Of a DNA stretch of 64,000 nucleotides, positions 12,081-23,689 are shown piece by piece. The number at the start of each line of letters is the position of its first letter. The first letter of the stretch is position 1. The notes under the pieces are model-generated. The model worked only from the letters and a program-made list of their open reading frames with translations. It did no database searches and had not been told where the DNA came from. The position numbers and the translations under genes are program-made. Source of the DNA: Chiloscyllium plagiosum (lineage: Eukaryota); contig NC_057719.1 in assembly GCF_004010195.1 (NCBI RefSeq), positions 12,625,969 to 12,689,968 on the forward strand, read 5' to 3'.

Positions 12081-13855
12081 ACAGCCTAAATCCAGCTTTT
12101 AGATCCTCAACTGCTCTGAGGAAGGCCTACCCACCATCCAGCTCTCGGTCTGCCCCTACATACTATCTGGCTCTTGCCTACCCTGACGTGCCATTTGGCT
12201 GGTGGACTGCCCTGACACACATTCTAGCCACCTCTAGGACAGCCCGTCCCCCTCCCTGGGATGACTGTGCACAGGACAGATCACAGCCTTCTGGATCTCT
12301 GCATGCCCCTACACAATGTCTGACTCTTGGCTGCTCTGACACACCTTCCGATCACCTCTAGGACAGCCTGTCCCAATTACCCCTTCTTGGGATGACAGCG
12401 CTCAGAACAGTTTACTCACCTTCCAGCTCTCAGGGCGATTGGTATCAGGGCGGCCTACCTACCTTCCAGCCTTCAGAGCAGCCTACCCACCTTCTGGTTC
12501 ACAGGATGTCCTACCCACCCTCCGATCTCAGGGTGACAGCTTTCAGGATGATCTAGGAGCCTCCCAGCTCACAGTGAGTCCTGCCAGATGCAGGGACACA
12601 CAAGACAGTGCAGGTGATAAATGCAACAACAGGACAGAGTCAATTACCAACAAACAGAGTCCTCTCTGGTACACAGCATCCATTACCATAAACAGTTCTC
12701 TTCAAAATGCAAAGTCCATTCCCAGAAACAGAGTTTACTTCAGTATGCAGAATGCATTGTCAGAGATAGAGTCCACAACCAAAGGCAGAGTCCACTCCTG
12801 AAAGTAGCATATACACACTCCACAGCACACACACGTGTTCAATCTCCATATAGGCCTCGTTTATCCACAATGAACCAGGCTGACTCACAGGAATGCAGTA
12901 GATTGTGAAGGTGCAGTTAACTCTCAGGGATTTGGTCCTCTCCCAAAGACAGAGGCCACTCCTGAACTCCAGGTTACAGCAACCTCTCAGCACACACATA
13001 GGTGTTCAGCCTTTACAGAGGCCTAGTCCACTAACAAAGGGCCAGACCTACCCAGGAACAGCTCATCTAGAAAGGTGCATTTTCTCACAGGGGCTCAACC
13101 CAAACACCAAAAAAAGGTGAAAACACAGACAAAAAGGAAAGAAAACCAGAGTGCATGGGCTAAGCTTTGGCGCAAAATCAGTATCATCCTTTTCTCAAAG
13201 TAAAAGAAAAGAGTAACATACAGACTGTAACCAGCCAGTGAAATGACAGTTCCCTAATGAGAACTGAAACACATTGACTACATAGATCAGGCAGTTTAGA
13301 AATCAGTCCTCCATAGAATAGGAATACCAGTTAACAAAACTGGCTTTGTGGACCAGCCAGTTTAGGAATCCAGTTCTCCCGAAAAAAACAGAAACCAGCA
13401 GCAGAAATACACTGACTGTGGGCCAGCCAGCATAGAGTCAGTTCCCTAAACTGGTATATCTCCTGGTAATATCAGTCAGCCAGAGCTTTCCTGATTGCTC
13501 CAAGTCCTGTCAGGGGTCTATGATTGGCCCAGGTTAACAGCCCCAATCAAGGATCTCCTAGTCAGTGAGCTCTACCTGGCCCTTGTTCCAATCACGGCAA
13601 CAGTATTTTCTCAACAGTTGATTCTCCCACAATAGTACATGGAATGAAGTTGTTTTCATTTGTTAATCCCATGTGGGTATGAGTATCAATGGGAGTAAGT
13701 ATCAGTCTGTATGGTGAAAAGGCAGTATTAATAATTTACTGTGCCACCCATTCTGTCAAACCTGTAATAAAAACAAAGTATGCAATTTAGTTAAACAGGA
13801 ATTGTAAGGTCCTTTTGCAATTAAGACTTCCCATTTTTCTATTTTTGTTTTGTAG

Positions 13856-13922
13856 CCTATTACCAGCTCTCCACCCAAATGGATGGCAGAACTTGAAAAA
13901 GATGATATTGACATGCTGAAAG
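13856..13922 (+). CDS. LIN52: LIN52 internal coding exon (exon 4 equivalent), phase 0-1, 67 nt: PITSSPPKWMAELEKDDIDMLK
   Basis: Long polypyrimidine tract ending ttttgtag| and donor |gtattt. The peptide matches LIN52. Confidence 0.96.
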
Positions 13923-14516
13923 GTATTTACTGTGTTTAATTTCTGTCTTAATTAACTGCTGTAAAATTCAGGATTGCTCTGAGCAATAAAACTAGGAGTA
14001 CAAAACCATGGTGCTATAGATGGGACCTGTGAAGAAGGAATAAGTTACATTTATATAGCACCTTTCAGAACCGTAGACTATTCTTGATCACTTTATAAAG
14101 GAGATGTATTGTGCAGTTATGCCTAACAATACTAAGGAGAATCACAAAGAACAGAATGTGTCGTATGGAGGTGAAAAGGATGACCAGTGCTGAGAAATAA
14201 TATGTTTAAAAAATTTAGTAGATAATTTAAACAAACAAGGAAAGGTTCATAAAAGAGAGAGTTGGGTTACGATAAAGAAAGGATTTGAAATTTTAAGAGT
14301 GGTTGTATAACAGTGATATTCAGATTTAGTATTAGTTTTCAGAATGAGAACATTGATGTACTTGAGAAGAATGGTTAATCAATCAATTTGGTTCTTTTTC
14401 AAATTAGCATAATCAAGGTGGCTAATTCTTTAATCCCTGGTTATGTAAACTCCATGCTGGAAGGATGTGAGAGGAGAGATAGGAGAAGAATTTATCACCA
14501 TTTTCCAATCGTCCTT

Positions 14517-15136
14517 TGTTATGGACTAGGCTAGACCCCTCAAAACATTTTTAAGCAGGTAGACCAGACCATAACTTTGCTATTTTTCTAGCTAAATGTA
14601 TAGTGGATATTCCCAGAGTGAAATAGCTGGTTCGGTTACCGAATTTTAAACAGACAGAATTTATTTACAAAATTGTGGGTGAAACATAAAGAACAGAAAA
14701 CAGAATAACGGATAACATATTCTATCCAAACCCTAATTAGTGATGCTTGTCCGAAAATACTTGCAACAGTCCCAATACACACATCCCTTAGCACAAATGC
14801 TAAAAATGACACAGGCAGCTTACAGTTTGCTGTAAGAGAGGTAAGCAACACATCTCCTGCTGCAACTGAACTCACTAAAGTTCTGAACTGAATAAAAGAA
14901 AACTCTAATCTAAATGAAAGCTAGCTATGCAGCTAGCTGGCCACTCCCCTTTGATTATACCGTGTTTTTATAAAACATGAAAGTCTTAGGCTGGAGGTAT
15001 TATCTGTTAGGGATAAACAAAGGGCTTCAATAAACCAGTCAAACTTCAGGCATGGTGGAACCTTAGGTCGTTAGAACCTCTCTGAAAAAAAACTCAAGAG
15101 TATCATAACCTTGTAAAAAGAACCAGTATTATGACA
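14517..15136 (-). mobile_element. Solo LTR, 620 bp, TG...CA, 4-bp TSD CCTT
   Basis: CCTT at 14513-14516 and 15137-15140. A related copy lies at 17446-18599. Strand inferred from TATA and polyA-like signals. Confidence 0.85.
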
Positions 15137-15518
15137 CCTTAAATATGCAAGTTTTATAATATCATCTAAACTCTGTTTTAAAATTCGGACATTAACAATT
15201 TTCTTCAAATATATTTGTCATCATTTTGGTATCTCTGTCTCAGTTGTGAAGTCTTGCATTTTTTTTATATAGGAAGCTTGTAAAAATAAACGGAAATACA
15301 TGGTTTCATTGTGTTTTGCATAATTTTATTTTCAGAATGCTTCTTGTTCTGCAGTGAAAAATGTGTCATGCATATTTGATGTGGAGTTTAAATGAAAGTT
15401 CGCTTTAGACAATTTGTAAAGTTGTAAATTTGCACTTATTCTCACTCGCCTCTTTGAATATAAATTTAATTTATAAGTTTTGATGATCATTTCTATTCAC
15501 TATCCTAATTAAATGTTT

Positions 15519-15653
15519 AAAATCCCACAACCACCTGATGAAGGAGCAGTGCTTTGAAAGATTGTGCTTCCAAATAAACCTGTTGGACTATAACCTGGTG
15601 TTACGTGATTTTTGACTTTGTATACCCTAGTCCAACACTGGCATCTCCAAACT
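15519..15653 (+). mobile_element. Short PLE-derived element with a hammerhead-like core, inserted just upstream of the LIN52 acceptor
   Basis: Aligns by eye with 60039-60149. ATGTTT is duplicated at 15513-15518 and 15654-15659. Confidence 0.8.
15532..15566 (+). ncRNA. Minimal type I hammerhead-ribozyme-like motif
   Basis: cac-CTGATGA-a-ggagc(agt)gcttt-GAAA-ga-TT-gtg: intact core boxes, stem II with G-U pairs, 3-bp stem I. Activity untested. Confidence 0.55.
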
Positions 15654-15667
15654 ATGTTTGCTCACAG

Positions 15668-15751
15668 AGTTGGGAAGTCTTACTACTGCTAACTTAATGG
15701 AGAAGGTACGAGGCCTACAAAATCTCGCTTACCAGTTGGGATTGGATGAAT
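15668..15751 (+). CDS. LIN52: LIN52 internal coding exon (exon 5 equivalent), phase 1-1, 84 nt: (E)LGSLTTANLMEKVRGLQNLAYQLGLDE(S)
   Basis: Acceptor ctcacag| and donor |gtaagt. The peptide matches the conserved LIN52 C-terminal helical region. Confidence 0.96.
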
Positions 15752-17226
15752 GTAAGTGCTTGTTTTCAATTGGAAATCATTGTATGTAACTATATTAATT
15801 TAAGCTTGGAGTAGAAGAAAAATAATCATGGTTATAAATGCAGATGACAGACCATGCACTGCTTGGAGAACATAGTTGTTATTGACTCATGTTGAAGTTT
15901 CTTATAACAGCATTTTCTTCTACTCTCAGCCCTGTTCTCTTTTTGTTTGCCATACTGTCTCTGCATGTTCATGTTGATGAATTGGGTATGGCAGTTCCAA
16001 ATTCACTATTTTTAATTTGACGTAAAGATGGCAGCAAAATTAAGGTGTAGCCAAACCCTCCTTCAAATCTTGCTTAAAGCAGAGAAATGAAGATTATTTA
16101 TTTTTCATAATAAACCTGTGTTTGTGTTCACAAGGCTTGGCTCAAAATAGTTTAAATCCAGAAGACAGGTATCACTGACGTGTAGGTATTCTGCTTACAA
16201 ATGGAATTTAGGTCTTTGTATGCTCATGGGGTGAGGGGACTGTGAAGACTAGATATTAAGTCTGCTTTCTGAAGCCAAACTGTGGTAAGAGTGCAATGTA
16301 ATATGGATTAAGATTGTAACTATAGTATTAATATATTAATAATACTGCGTATGCCTAATACATTCAAGAACAGGTATTATTAGCTGAGAAGGTTTCCACG
16401 TACTGATGGGGGATGAGGTCAGGAACCAGTTCTTCCATATGTATGTTGCAAATTTTATGTCTGGTAGGCCCTGGCAATTATGATACCACAGGGACAAGCT
16501 AACACATAGTACAACTCAGGCATTGGGATGGAGTTGAGGATGGATAGTTAGAGTGATAAAAAAGGTGTGGGAGCTAAGTTTTTCAGTATGTTTGTGAATC
16601 TTGCATATGAGTATTTTGTATTGTGAAGAGCAGTCCTGGATTATGACTCCCATAAAAGATATTATTGGGGTGAGTGGCAGATATGGAAAAGGTTGTGTTG
16701 GTTAAAGAAAGATAAATTAAAAACCAGACAAACATAAACTTGACAGTGAGAGAGAAAATATTGACCTGATTGGGTCTTTTTATTAAATAGAATTTGTAAT
16801 TTCACCATAATTAAATAGAACTAATGATATTTAATGGTAATGCTGATGTGAGACCAATTGAAGATTACACAAAATTAGATATTGTCTTAATTGCAGAGTA
16901 ATATGTATCATGACTCACAGGAGGGTATGATCATATGGAGAGTATTGGATCCTGGGGATTGATTACAAGGCAGTAATTTAATTGAGCAGTTAGTTGATTT
17001 CCTAAGTTGTCAGAGCAGTGCTTACATGTGTTCAAATGGTACAAGAATCAAAATTAGATTACTGTGTTGACACTGTTTGCAGCAGCTTTACTAATGTGAT
17101 CAGTGACAGAAGATGTATTCCCTGTCAATTTGTGATGTGTTCACAATTAAGGAATTGAAGCGATTAGTAGATGTTAAGCAGGAAGTTGTATGACTAAATT
17201 CTGAGATGAGGCTAAAAGTTAAATTG

Positions 17227-17434
17227 GGAGAAAGTGAGGACTGCAGATGCTGGAGATCAGAGCTGAAAATGTGTTGCTGGAAAAGCACAGCAGGTCAGGC
17301 AGCATCCAAGGAGCAGGAGAATCAACTTTTCGGGCATGAGCCTTTCTTCAGGCTCATGCCCAAAACGTCGATTCTCCTGCTCCTTGGATGCTGCCTGACC
17401 TGCTGCGCTTTTCCAGCAACACATTTTCAGCTCT
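17227..17434. mobile_element. PLE-derived element with inverted terminal duplication (long hairpin 17259-17434)
   Basis: Arms of about 85 nt, near-perfect reverse complements. Flanking duplication ctaaaagttaaattg (17212-17226) / ctaaaggttaaattg (17433-17447). Confidence 0.85.
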
Positions 17435-17445
17435 AAAGGTTAAAT

Positions 17446-18599
17446 TGCATGGATTAGGCCAGATCACTCAAAACATTCTTAAGCAGGCAGCCCAGGCCAT
17501 AACTTTGCAATTTGTTTTGATAAGTGTACAGTGAAAATTACCTAGAGTAAGTTAGCTAGGTTGACTACAGGTCATAGAGTCATTGAGATATACAGCACGG
17601 AAACAGACCCTTCGGTCGAACTCGTTCATGCCGACCAGTTATCCCAACCCAATCTAGTCCCATCTGTCAGCACCCGGCCCATACCCCTCCAAACCCTTCC
17701 TATTCATATACCCATCCAAATGCCTCTTAAATGTTGCAATTGTACCAGCCTCCACCACATCCTCTGGCAGTTCATTCCATACACGTACCACCCTCTGCGT
17801 GAAAAAGTTGCCCCTTAGGTTTCTTTTATATCTTTCCCCTCTCATCCTGAACCTATGCCCTCTAATTCTGGAGTCCCCCAACCCAGGGAAAAGACTTTGT
17901 CTGTTTATCCTATCCATGCCCCTCCTGATTTTATAAACCTCTGAGGTCACGTCTCAGCCAGCGACGCTTCAGGGAAAACAGCCCCAGCCTCTTTAATCTC
18001 TCCCTTTAGCTCATATCCTCCAACCCTGGCAACATCCTTGCAAATCTTTTCTGAACCCTTTCAAGTTTCAGAACATCCTTCCAATAGGAAGGAGACCAGA
18101 ATTACAGGTAATATTTCAAGGTTTGAAAACAGACAAAAGTTTATTCACAAAATTGTGGAATGAAGCACAAAGAACAGAATAAAAAACACCTACAGAACTC
18201 AGTCTATCCAAACAAGACTTAATTATGCTGTTCCGAATATGCACAACAGTCCCAATAAACAAACTTCCATAACCACAGTAACAATGAAACAAAGGCTTAC
18301 AGGTCAAAGTTAGAAGGGTAGAAGGAGATAGAGTCTAGCAGCCTGTTTTCACACAGCCCACTCCTGCACCGACCAACTCAAACTTCAGTTTCTAGGACTG
18401 ACCACTCCCCTTGCATTATACAGATCACTTCTAAAACATGACCACTTTGTAAACAGAAAGCCTGTCAATAAACTCTTTCATCTCTATACCAAACCAGTCT
18501 AATTGGAGCCTGAGTTGTTTACGACCCCTCTAAGAAAAAAGGACACAGCATCCTTGAGAAAAGGAACAGCTTTCAGAAAAAAGGACCAGCTTTGTGACA
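17446..18599 (-). mobile_element. Solo LTR related to 14517-15136, interrupted by a CR1 fragment
   Basis: Shares caaaacatt..taagcagg, cataactttgc, aacagaca..tttatt.acaaaattgtgg and cagtcccaata with the first copy. Ends ...tgaca. Confidence 0.75.
17573..18108 (-). mobile_element. CR1 3' fragment
   Basis: ORF 17654-17950 (RGHRFRMRGER...WNELPE) and a CR1 tail. Confidence 0.9.
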
Positions 18600-18819
18600 G
18601 TCATAGAATCAGTTTGCATGGCAACAAACCCTTTGATCCAACTCATCCATGCTGACCAAGTTTCCCAAAAAAAGCTGGTCTGTGATTTGCATCATTTCCA
18701 GTAGAGGCAAGCAATACTTGATTTTCATTCTGCCATCTCGCGTACATGATTTAGTGTAGGGCTGAGCATTTGCTACATAGCTGATTCCCTATGAATTCAG
18801 TGGGACTCAGGCAGCATTG

Positions 18820-18935
18820 CAGAGTTCTGAAGAAGGGACACTCGACCCAAAACATTAATCCTGCTTTTTGTCCACAGATGCTGTCAGTCCTGATGAGTTT
18901 TTCCAGCAACTTCTGTTTTTTCTGATTTCCAGAAT
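18820..18935 (+). mobile_element. PLE-derived short element (third family; also ~59190-59295) with a degenerate hammerhead core
   Basis: gttCTGAAGAagggacactcgacccAAAAcaTTaatc followed by ccacagatgctg...ttccagcaa. Confidence 0.7.
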
Positions 18936-19397
18936 CTGTAATTTATTTTGTTTTGTTTAGTGTTACAGAGAGCGTGTCCTTCAGATAGCCTTTTCTTCTT
19001 TAAGATAATCTCTTTTTTAAAAGCATTGAATAACAGGAGATTGTTGCTGAATACTGTTCTGATAATGCTAAAGAAGATCAACAATTCTTGGAAAATGCAG
19101 ACTCACAAAAGTATGAACTATTTTGTTGATAGAAGTGACAAGACGATTTACAGTTTTATGGCATGATAATAAGCTTTTTTCTGTGATTTCTTTGTCAATA
19201 GCTCAATGTGCGCACAGGAGGAATGGGTGTTCAGTGCTTACAAGTTCTGTTAGTGATACTTCAAAAGTTTTGGTTGATTGGCACTTTTATAAGTTTTGTA
19301 GTAATGGTAGTTTTTTTTAAAACAGAAAATTATGAATGGGTATTGTTAAGAAGTTCCACACATTAGTTCTGCACAGTATGGGTACTTGTTTGGAATA

Positions 19398-19535
19398 GGC
19401 AAAAGTGAGGAGTGCAGATTCTGGAGATCAGAGTCTAGATTAGAGTGGTGCTAGAAAAGCACAGCAGGTCAGGCAGCATCCGAGGAGTAGGAAAATTGAC
19501 GTTTTGGGCAAAGGCCCTTTCCTGATGAAGGGCTA
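19398..19535 (-). mobile_element. PLE-derived short element with a small inversion at the hammerhead region
   Basis: aaagtgagga.tgcagat.ctggagatcagag...gcaggtcaggcagcatcc family; junction gccctttcctgatgaagggc. Confidence 0.8.
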
Positions 19536-19704
19536 GACACTGGTTTGGAATGTTGATATAGAGGATTTAAGAGGCAATGGGTTTGATAGGAGCTCATAAG
19601 TTACAATGTCAGGTATGGCGGTGGGTAGGAGGGCATGAGCTCCTAGGAGGATGCTGAAGAGACATGAGGGGAAACATTTTTTACACAGATAGTGGATCAT
19701 GTAA

Positions 19705-20018
19705 GTGGCATGGTGGCACAGTGGTTAGCACTGCTGCCTCACAGTGCCAGAGACCCGGGTTCAATTTCCGCCTCAGGCAACTGTGGAATTTGCACATTCT
19801 CCCATGTCTGCATGGGTTTCCTCCGCGTGCTCCAGTTTCCTCCCACATCCAAAAATGTGTAGGTTAGGTGAATTGGCCATGCTAAATTGCCTGTAGTGTT
19901 AGGTGAAGGGGTAAATGTAGGGGAGTGAGTCTGGGTGGGTTGCGCTTCGGTGGGTCGGTGTGGACTTGTTGGGCCGAAGGGCCTGTTTCCACGCTGTAAG
20001 TAATCTAATCTAATCTAA
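19705..20018 (+). mobile_element. HE1-type SINE inserted in a CR1 3' fragment (~19660-20225)
   Basis: tggcacagtggttagcactgctgcctcacag...gggttcaat head and (taatc)n tail. Confidence 0.92.
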
Positions 20019-20669
20019 TGTGTGAAATGAACTTCCAGAGGAAGTGGTGGATACAGGTATAGTTACAACATTTAAAAAACGTTTGGGTAAGTACATCAAT
20101 AAGAAATGTTTGGAGGGATATCGGCCAAATGCAGACAGGTGGGAGTAGTTTATTTTGGCATTAGAGTTGGCATGGACTGGTTAGGTTGAAGGTCGGTTTC
20201 CCCGCTGTATACTCCGTGACCCTATAACTGGGTGAGGAGTATTAGTTGGTATGCAGAGTATTTGGAGGGAGGTGACTGTGAGCAGTGAGGCCTAGTTAAG
20301 CACAAAAGATAAGCAAACAACTAGGATGAAGTCCCAGAGAATCAAAGTGGGACTTTTAAACAGCCCACTAACAGGTGGCCATCACTGTGTCCATTTCTGA
20401 ATTGTCAGACAGGGCCGAGTCCACAGTACTGCAGGAACTAATTGATAATGGCTCCCGGCCTGGCTAATTCATGGAACTAGAAGATTTATACTTGTTAATA
20501 TGTTGGAGAGAGAGGGTGATTTAATTCTTCTGATTCTATATAATCCTATGGTTAATTCCTTAGTGATTAGGAAATTCATAGTTGACTTTCCAACTAAGTG
20601 TATGAGTAATCTACCGTAATTCTAGTTAATTAATTTTTAACAATAAAATAACATAATACAGCCATAGCC

Positions 20670-20840
20670 CCAATAGAGGAAGACAACTGTTTGTGAGTTT
20701 ATACTGAGGGTCACCATGCCTCAGAGGGGAGAGGTTGAGGAGGAAGAACTTTCAGGGTGACCTCAGCTGGTGAGGGAATTGAATCCATGCTGTTGGCATC
20801 ATTCTGAATCAGAAACCAACGTCCAGCCAACTAAGCTAAA
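20670..20840 (-). mobile_element. Older tRNA-derived SINE (second copy ~28870-29060)
   Basis: Both copies share cctcagctggtg..gaattgaa.ccatgctgtt.gcatcat. The reverse complement has A-box and B-box-like motifs. Confidence 0.65.
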
Positions 20841-20919
20841 TACCTCATATACGCTTGTAGATCCCAAATTTTAAATTCTGTCATTTTGCACTGGTATTAG
20901 AATTTTTAAAAATTCTCTC

Positions 20920-22710
20920 TCTGGATGTGAGCATCACAAGCTATGTCAGCATTTATTGCACATGCCTACTTGATCTTGAGGAGGTTCTGGTGAGCTGCAT
21001 TCTTGAATCGCTGCAGTCCATGTGTTATAGATGCATCAGTAGTGTTGGTAGGAAGGAAGTTCAGCATTTTGACCCAGTGATAGTGAAGGAGTGGTGATAC
21101 TGTTCGAAGTCCAGATAGTATGGAGGGAAACATGCATTTGCTGTTTGAAACATGCATTTGACTGTTTGGAAGGTGCTGGCAAAGGAGCCTTGGCAAATTT
21201 CTTCTTGTAGATGATATGCACTACTACCACTTTTATTCAGTTGTGATGAGAGTAAATATTGGTGCCACTTAAGTGGGATGCTTTGTGTTTCTGGAATGTT
21301 GCTGGAGCTGCACTCATCCAGAAAGTGTAGAATCTTCTTTCAAAATACTGGCTTCTGCCTTGTAGATAGAAAAATGGCTTTTGGAGTGAGAAGGGAAGTT
21401 AATTACTGTGTAATTCTAGACTCTAACTTGCTGTTGTCTAACTTGCTGTTGGAGCCGATTGTATTTGTATGCCTGATCCGGTTTAGTTTCTGGTCAATGG
21501 TAACTGCCTAGATGTTGATTTTAGGAAATTTAGTGATGCTAATGCTATTGTGTGTAAAGATAGTGGGATTCCTTTTTTCACTACCTGGCACTTATGTGAC
21601 ATGAATGTATCTTGTAACATGTCATTCCAAGCCTGAGTGATGTCCGGGTCTTGTTGGACACAGACTTTGAATCATGAATGGCACTGAACATTGTGCAATC
21701 ATCAGTAGGTATCCTCACTGCTGACCTTCTGATGGAGCGAAAGTCATTGATGAAGCATTTGCAGACATTTCGACCTAGGACATTACACCTAGAAAATGCT
21801 ACAATGATGTCCTAAAATTGAGATGATCAACCACTTGGCTGCCATACTTAGTCAAATGCTATCAAGGGTGGTCACTGTTCCCTCACTTCTGGAATTCAAC
21901 TGTTTTGTCATACATGGACCAAGACTCTCGTAAGGTCAGCAGTTGAGTGTACCTAGTGGAATCCAAACTGAGTGTCCTGAACAGTTATACTTAAATAAGT
22001 GCTACTTGGTCGTACTGACAACAATGCCTTCCCTCACTGTGCTGATGATTGAGTGGCTATTGACCTGTTTGGAATTGTCATGCTTATTGTGGACAGGACA
22101 TATGTGGGAAGAATGAATGAATGAATGAATGAATGAATAAATCTGACATCGGTAATGCTGGTGATCTTCGGAGAAGTTTAAGACATATCATCCATCAGGT
22201 CCATCTGGCTGTAGATGGTTGCATGTGCTCATCTTTTGCACTGTTTTTCTGGGCTCCCTTATCATTGAGGATGGTAATGCTTATGGAACCTCCTCTTCCA
22301 GTGAGTTTTTTTAAATTGATCACTACCAGTCATGATTAGATCTGATCAGTTGGTAGTGGGTTTGGTAAGCCTGTCAGTCTCCTGCTACATTTGAGATTTG
22401 GCATGCAAACAGTCCTGTGTTGTAGCCTCACCAGATTAACAGCTTATTTTTAGGTCTGATGCTGCAGTTGGAGTTCCTTCCTATATTCATCTCTTAAGTA
22501 GAGTTGATCCCCTGGCTTGATGGTAATGGTAGAGTGGAGAATATGTTGAGCTATGAAGTCAGAGAGTATAATTGAATATCGTTCTACTGCGTTGATGGCC
22601 CACAGCACTGCGTGGATGCCAAGTTTACAGTTACCCAGCTATGTTTAAAATCTATTCCTGTTTAACAAGGTGGTTGTGCCACACAACAAAAAAGACGATA
22701 TCCTCAGTGT
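20920..22710 (-). mobile_element. Old CR1-like LINE fragment
   Basis: Reverse complement of the 2581-3430 / 62680-64000 family, heavily decayed. Confidence 0.7.
22111..22138. repeat. (GAAT)n microsatellite
   Basis: Seven GAAT units. Confidence 0.95.
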
Positions 22711-23689
22711 GAAGACAATATCTTAGTCTGGCCTTGAATAATGTGGGAGAACTTGCACATTCAATATTGGGTAGGTGGAATCCTGATGGAGACTATCAAG
22801 CTTGATAATAGAGCTTCATGTGTGCAATTTCAAAAACTCTAAACTGGATGAAATTGATTGCTGCAGTGCAAGTTATCACCACAAGGTGATACCATGACCT
22901 CAAACTTGCAGCTCAAGTGTTTTCTGAACTTCTATTTGACTGGCTTGTGGAAATGTATCAGCAAAGTGAAATAAGAAAGACCGTTTTTTCAAAATACTAT
23001 TCATTTGTTTGAGCCGGAACATAAATTTGACCTTGCCTTCATGGTGAATGAAACAAAATATTCTTTATTTTGAAAAAGAATGTAGTGTTTGGAGAATAGG
23101 AGAAACTGGATGTTTTTGCAACACATCATTGGACCTAATGGACATATTAAGGAAAATAATTTGTACAAAGCAGATCAATTTGTGATGTAATTGTAGCTAT
23201 AATTTAGTTTGTAATTTAAACTATCTCGCAATTTCAATGATGTATTTAGAGTTAGACTTATGTAGGCCTCCCACCTTAAATGCTCCTTTAAACTTGAGCT
23301 GATCGTAATTAACTTGCACCAATTCATATTCAACCATCACACCCCTGTTTGCTGACCTACATTAGCACTGACCTTGGTTTTGAAGCTCTTTGCTTGTAAA
23401 ACTTTCCATCATTTTGTATCAATCTGTCTCGATGATATTGTCTAGCTCTTTTTAGCCTTTTGAGATCTTGCAATCTTCCAAATCTGGTATTTTGCATATT
23501 TCCATTTCATCATTTCCACATTGCTACGTTCTTTGCTAAGTTCTGCAATTCTGTCTGTAACTTTCTGCCCCGCTTTCTCCTTCTATAAGATGATTCTTCA
23601 AAACAACTACATGACAAATCCTATCCTAATATCTCCTTTTATGGCTTGATGCCTTGCTTTGTCAAACAATGAGATTATGCTAATTACAT

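Larger units (their letters stand above)
9505..13457 (-). mobile_element. Non-coding retroposon (~1.9 kb after removing nested inserts) with internal tandem repeats and a 15-bp TSD
   Basis: atctcctgtttatat (9490-9504) vs atctcctggtaatat (13458-13472), 13/15 identical. Minus-strand AATAAA at 9505-9510. Confidence 0.65.
9371..13599 (-). mobile_element. Solo LTR split in two (9371-9504 and ~13458-13599) by later insertions; TG...CA ends, 5-bp TSD ACAGT
   Basis: ACAGT at 9366-9370 and 13600-13604. The minus strand carries CCAAT, a TATA-like atataaac and AATAAA in LTR order. Confidence 0.8.

Noticed and set aside
11240..13450. CRISPR-like repeat/spacer array
   Set aside because: Vertebrate intron, degenerate variable-length repeats, no unique constant-length spacers and no cas genes.
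22750..23150. Stretch that reads like decayed coding sequence (YHDLKLAAQVFSELLFDWLVEMYQQ)
   Set aside because: Multiple stops and no motif I can assign. Would need tblastx or HMM search to support.
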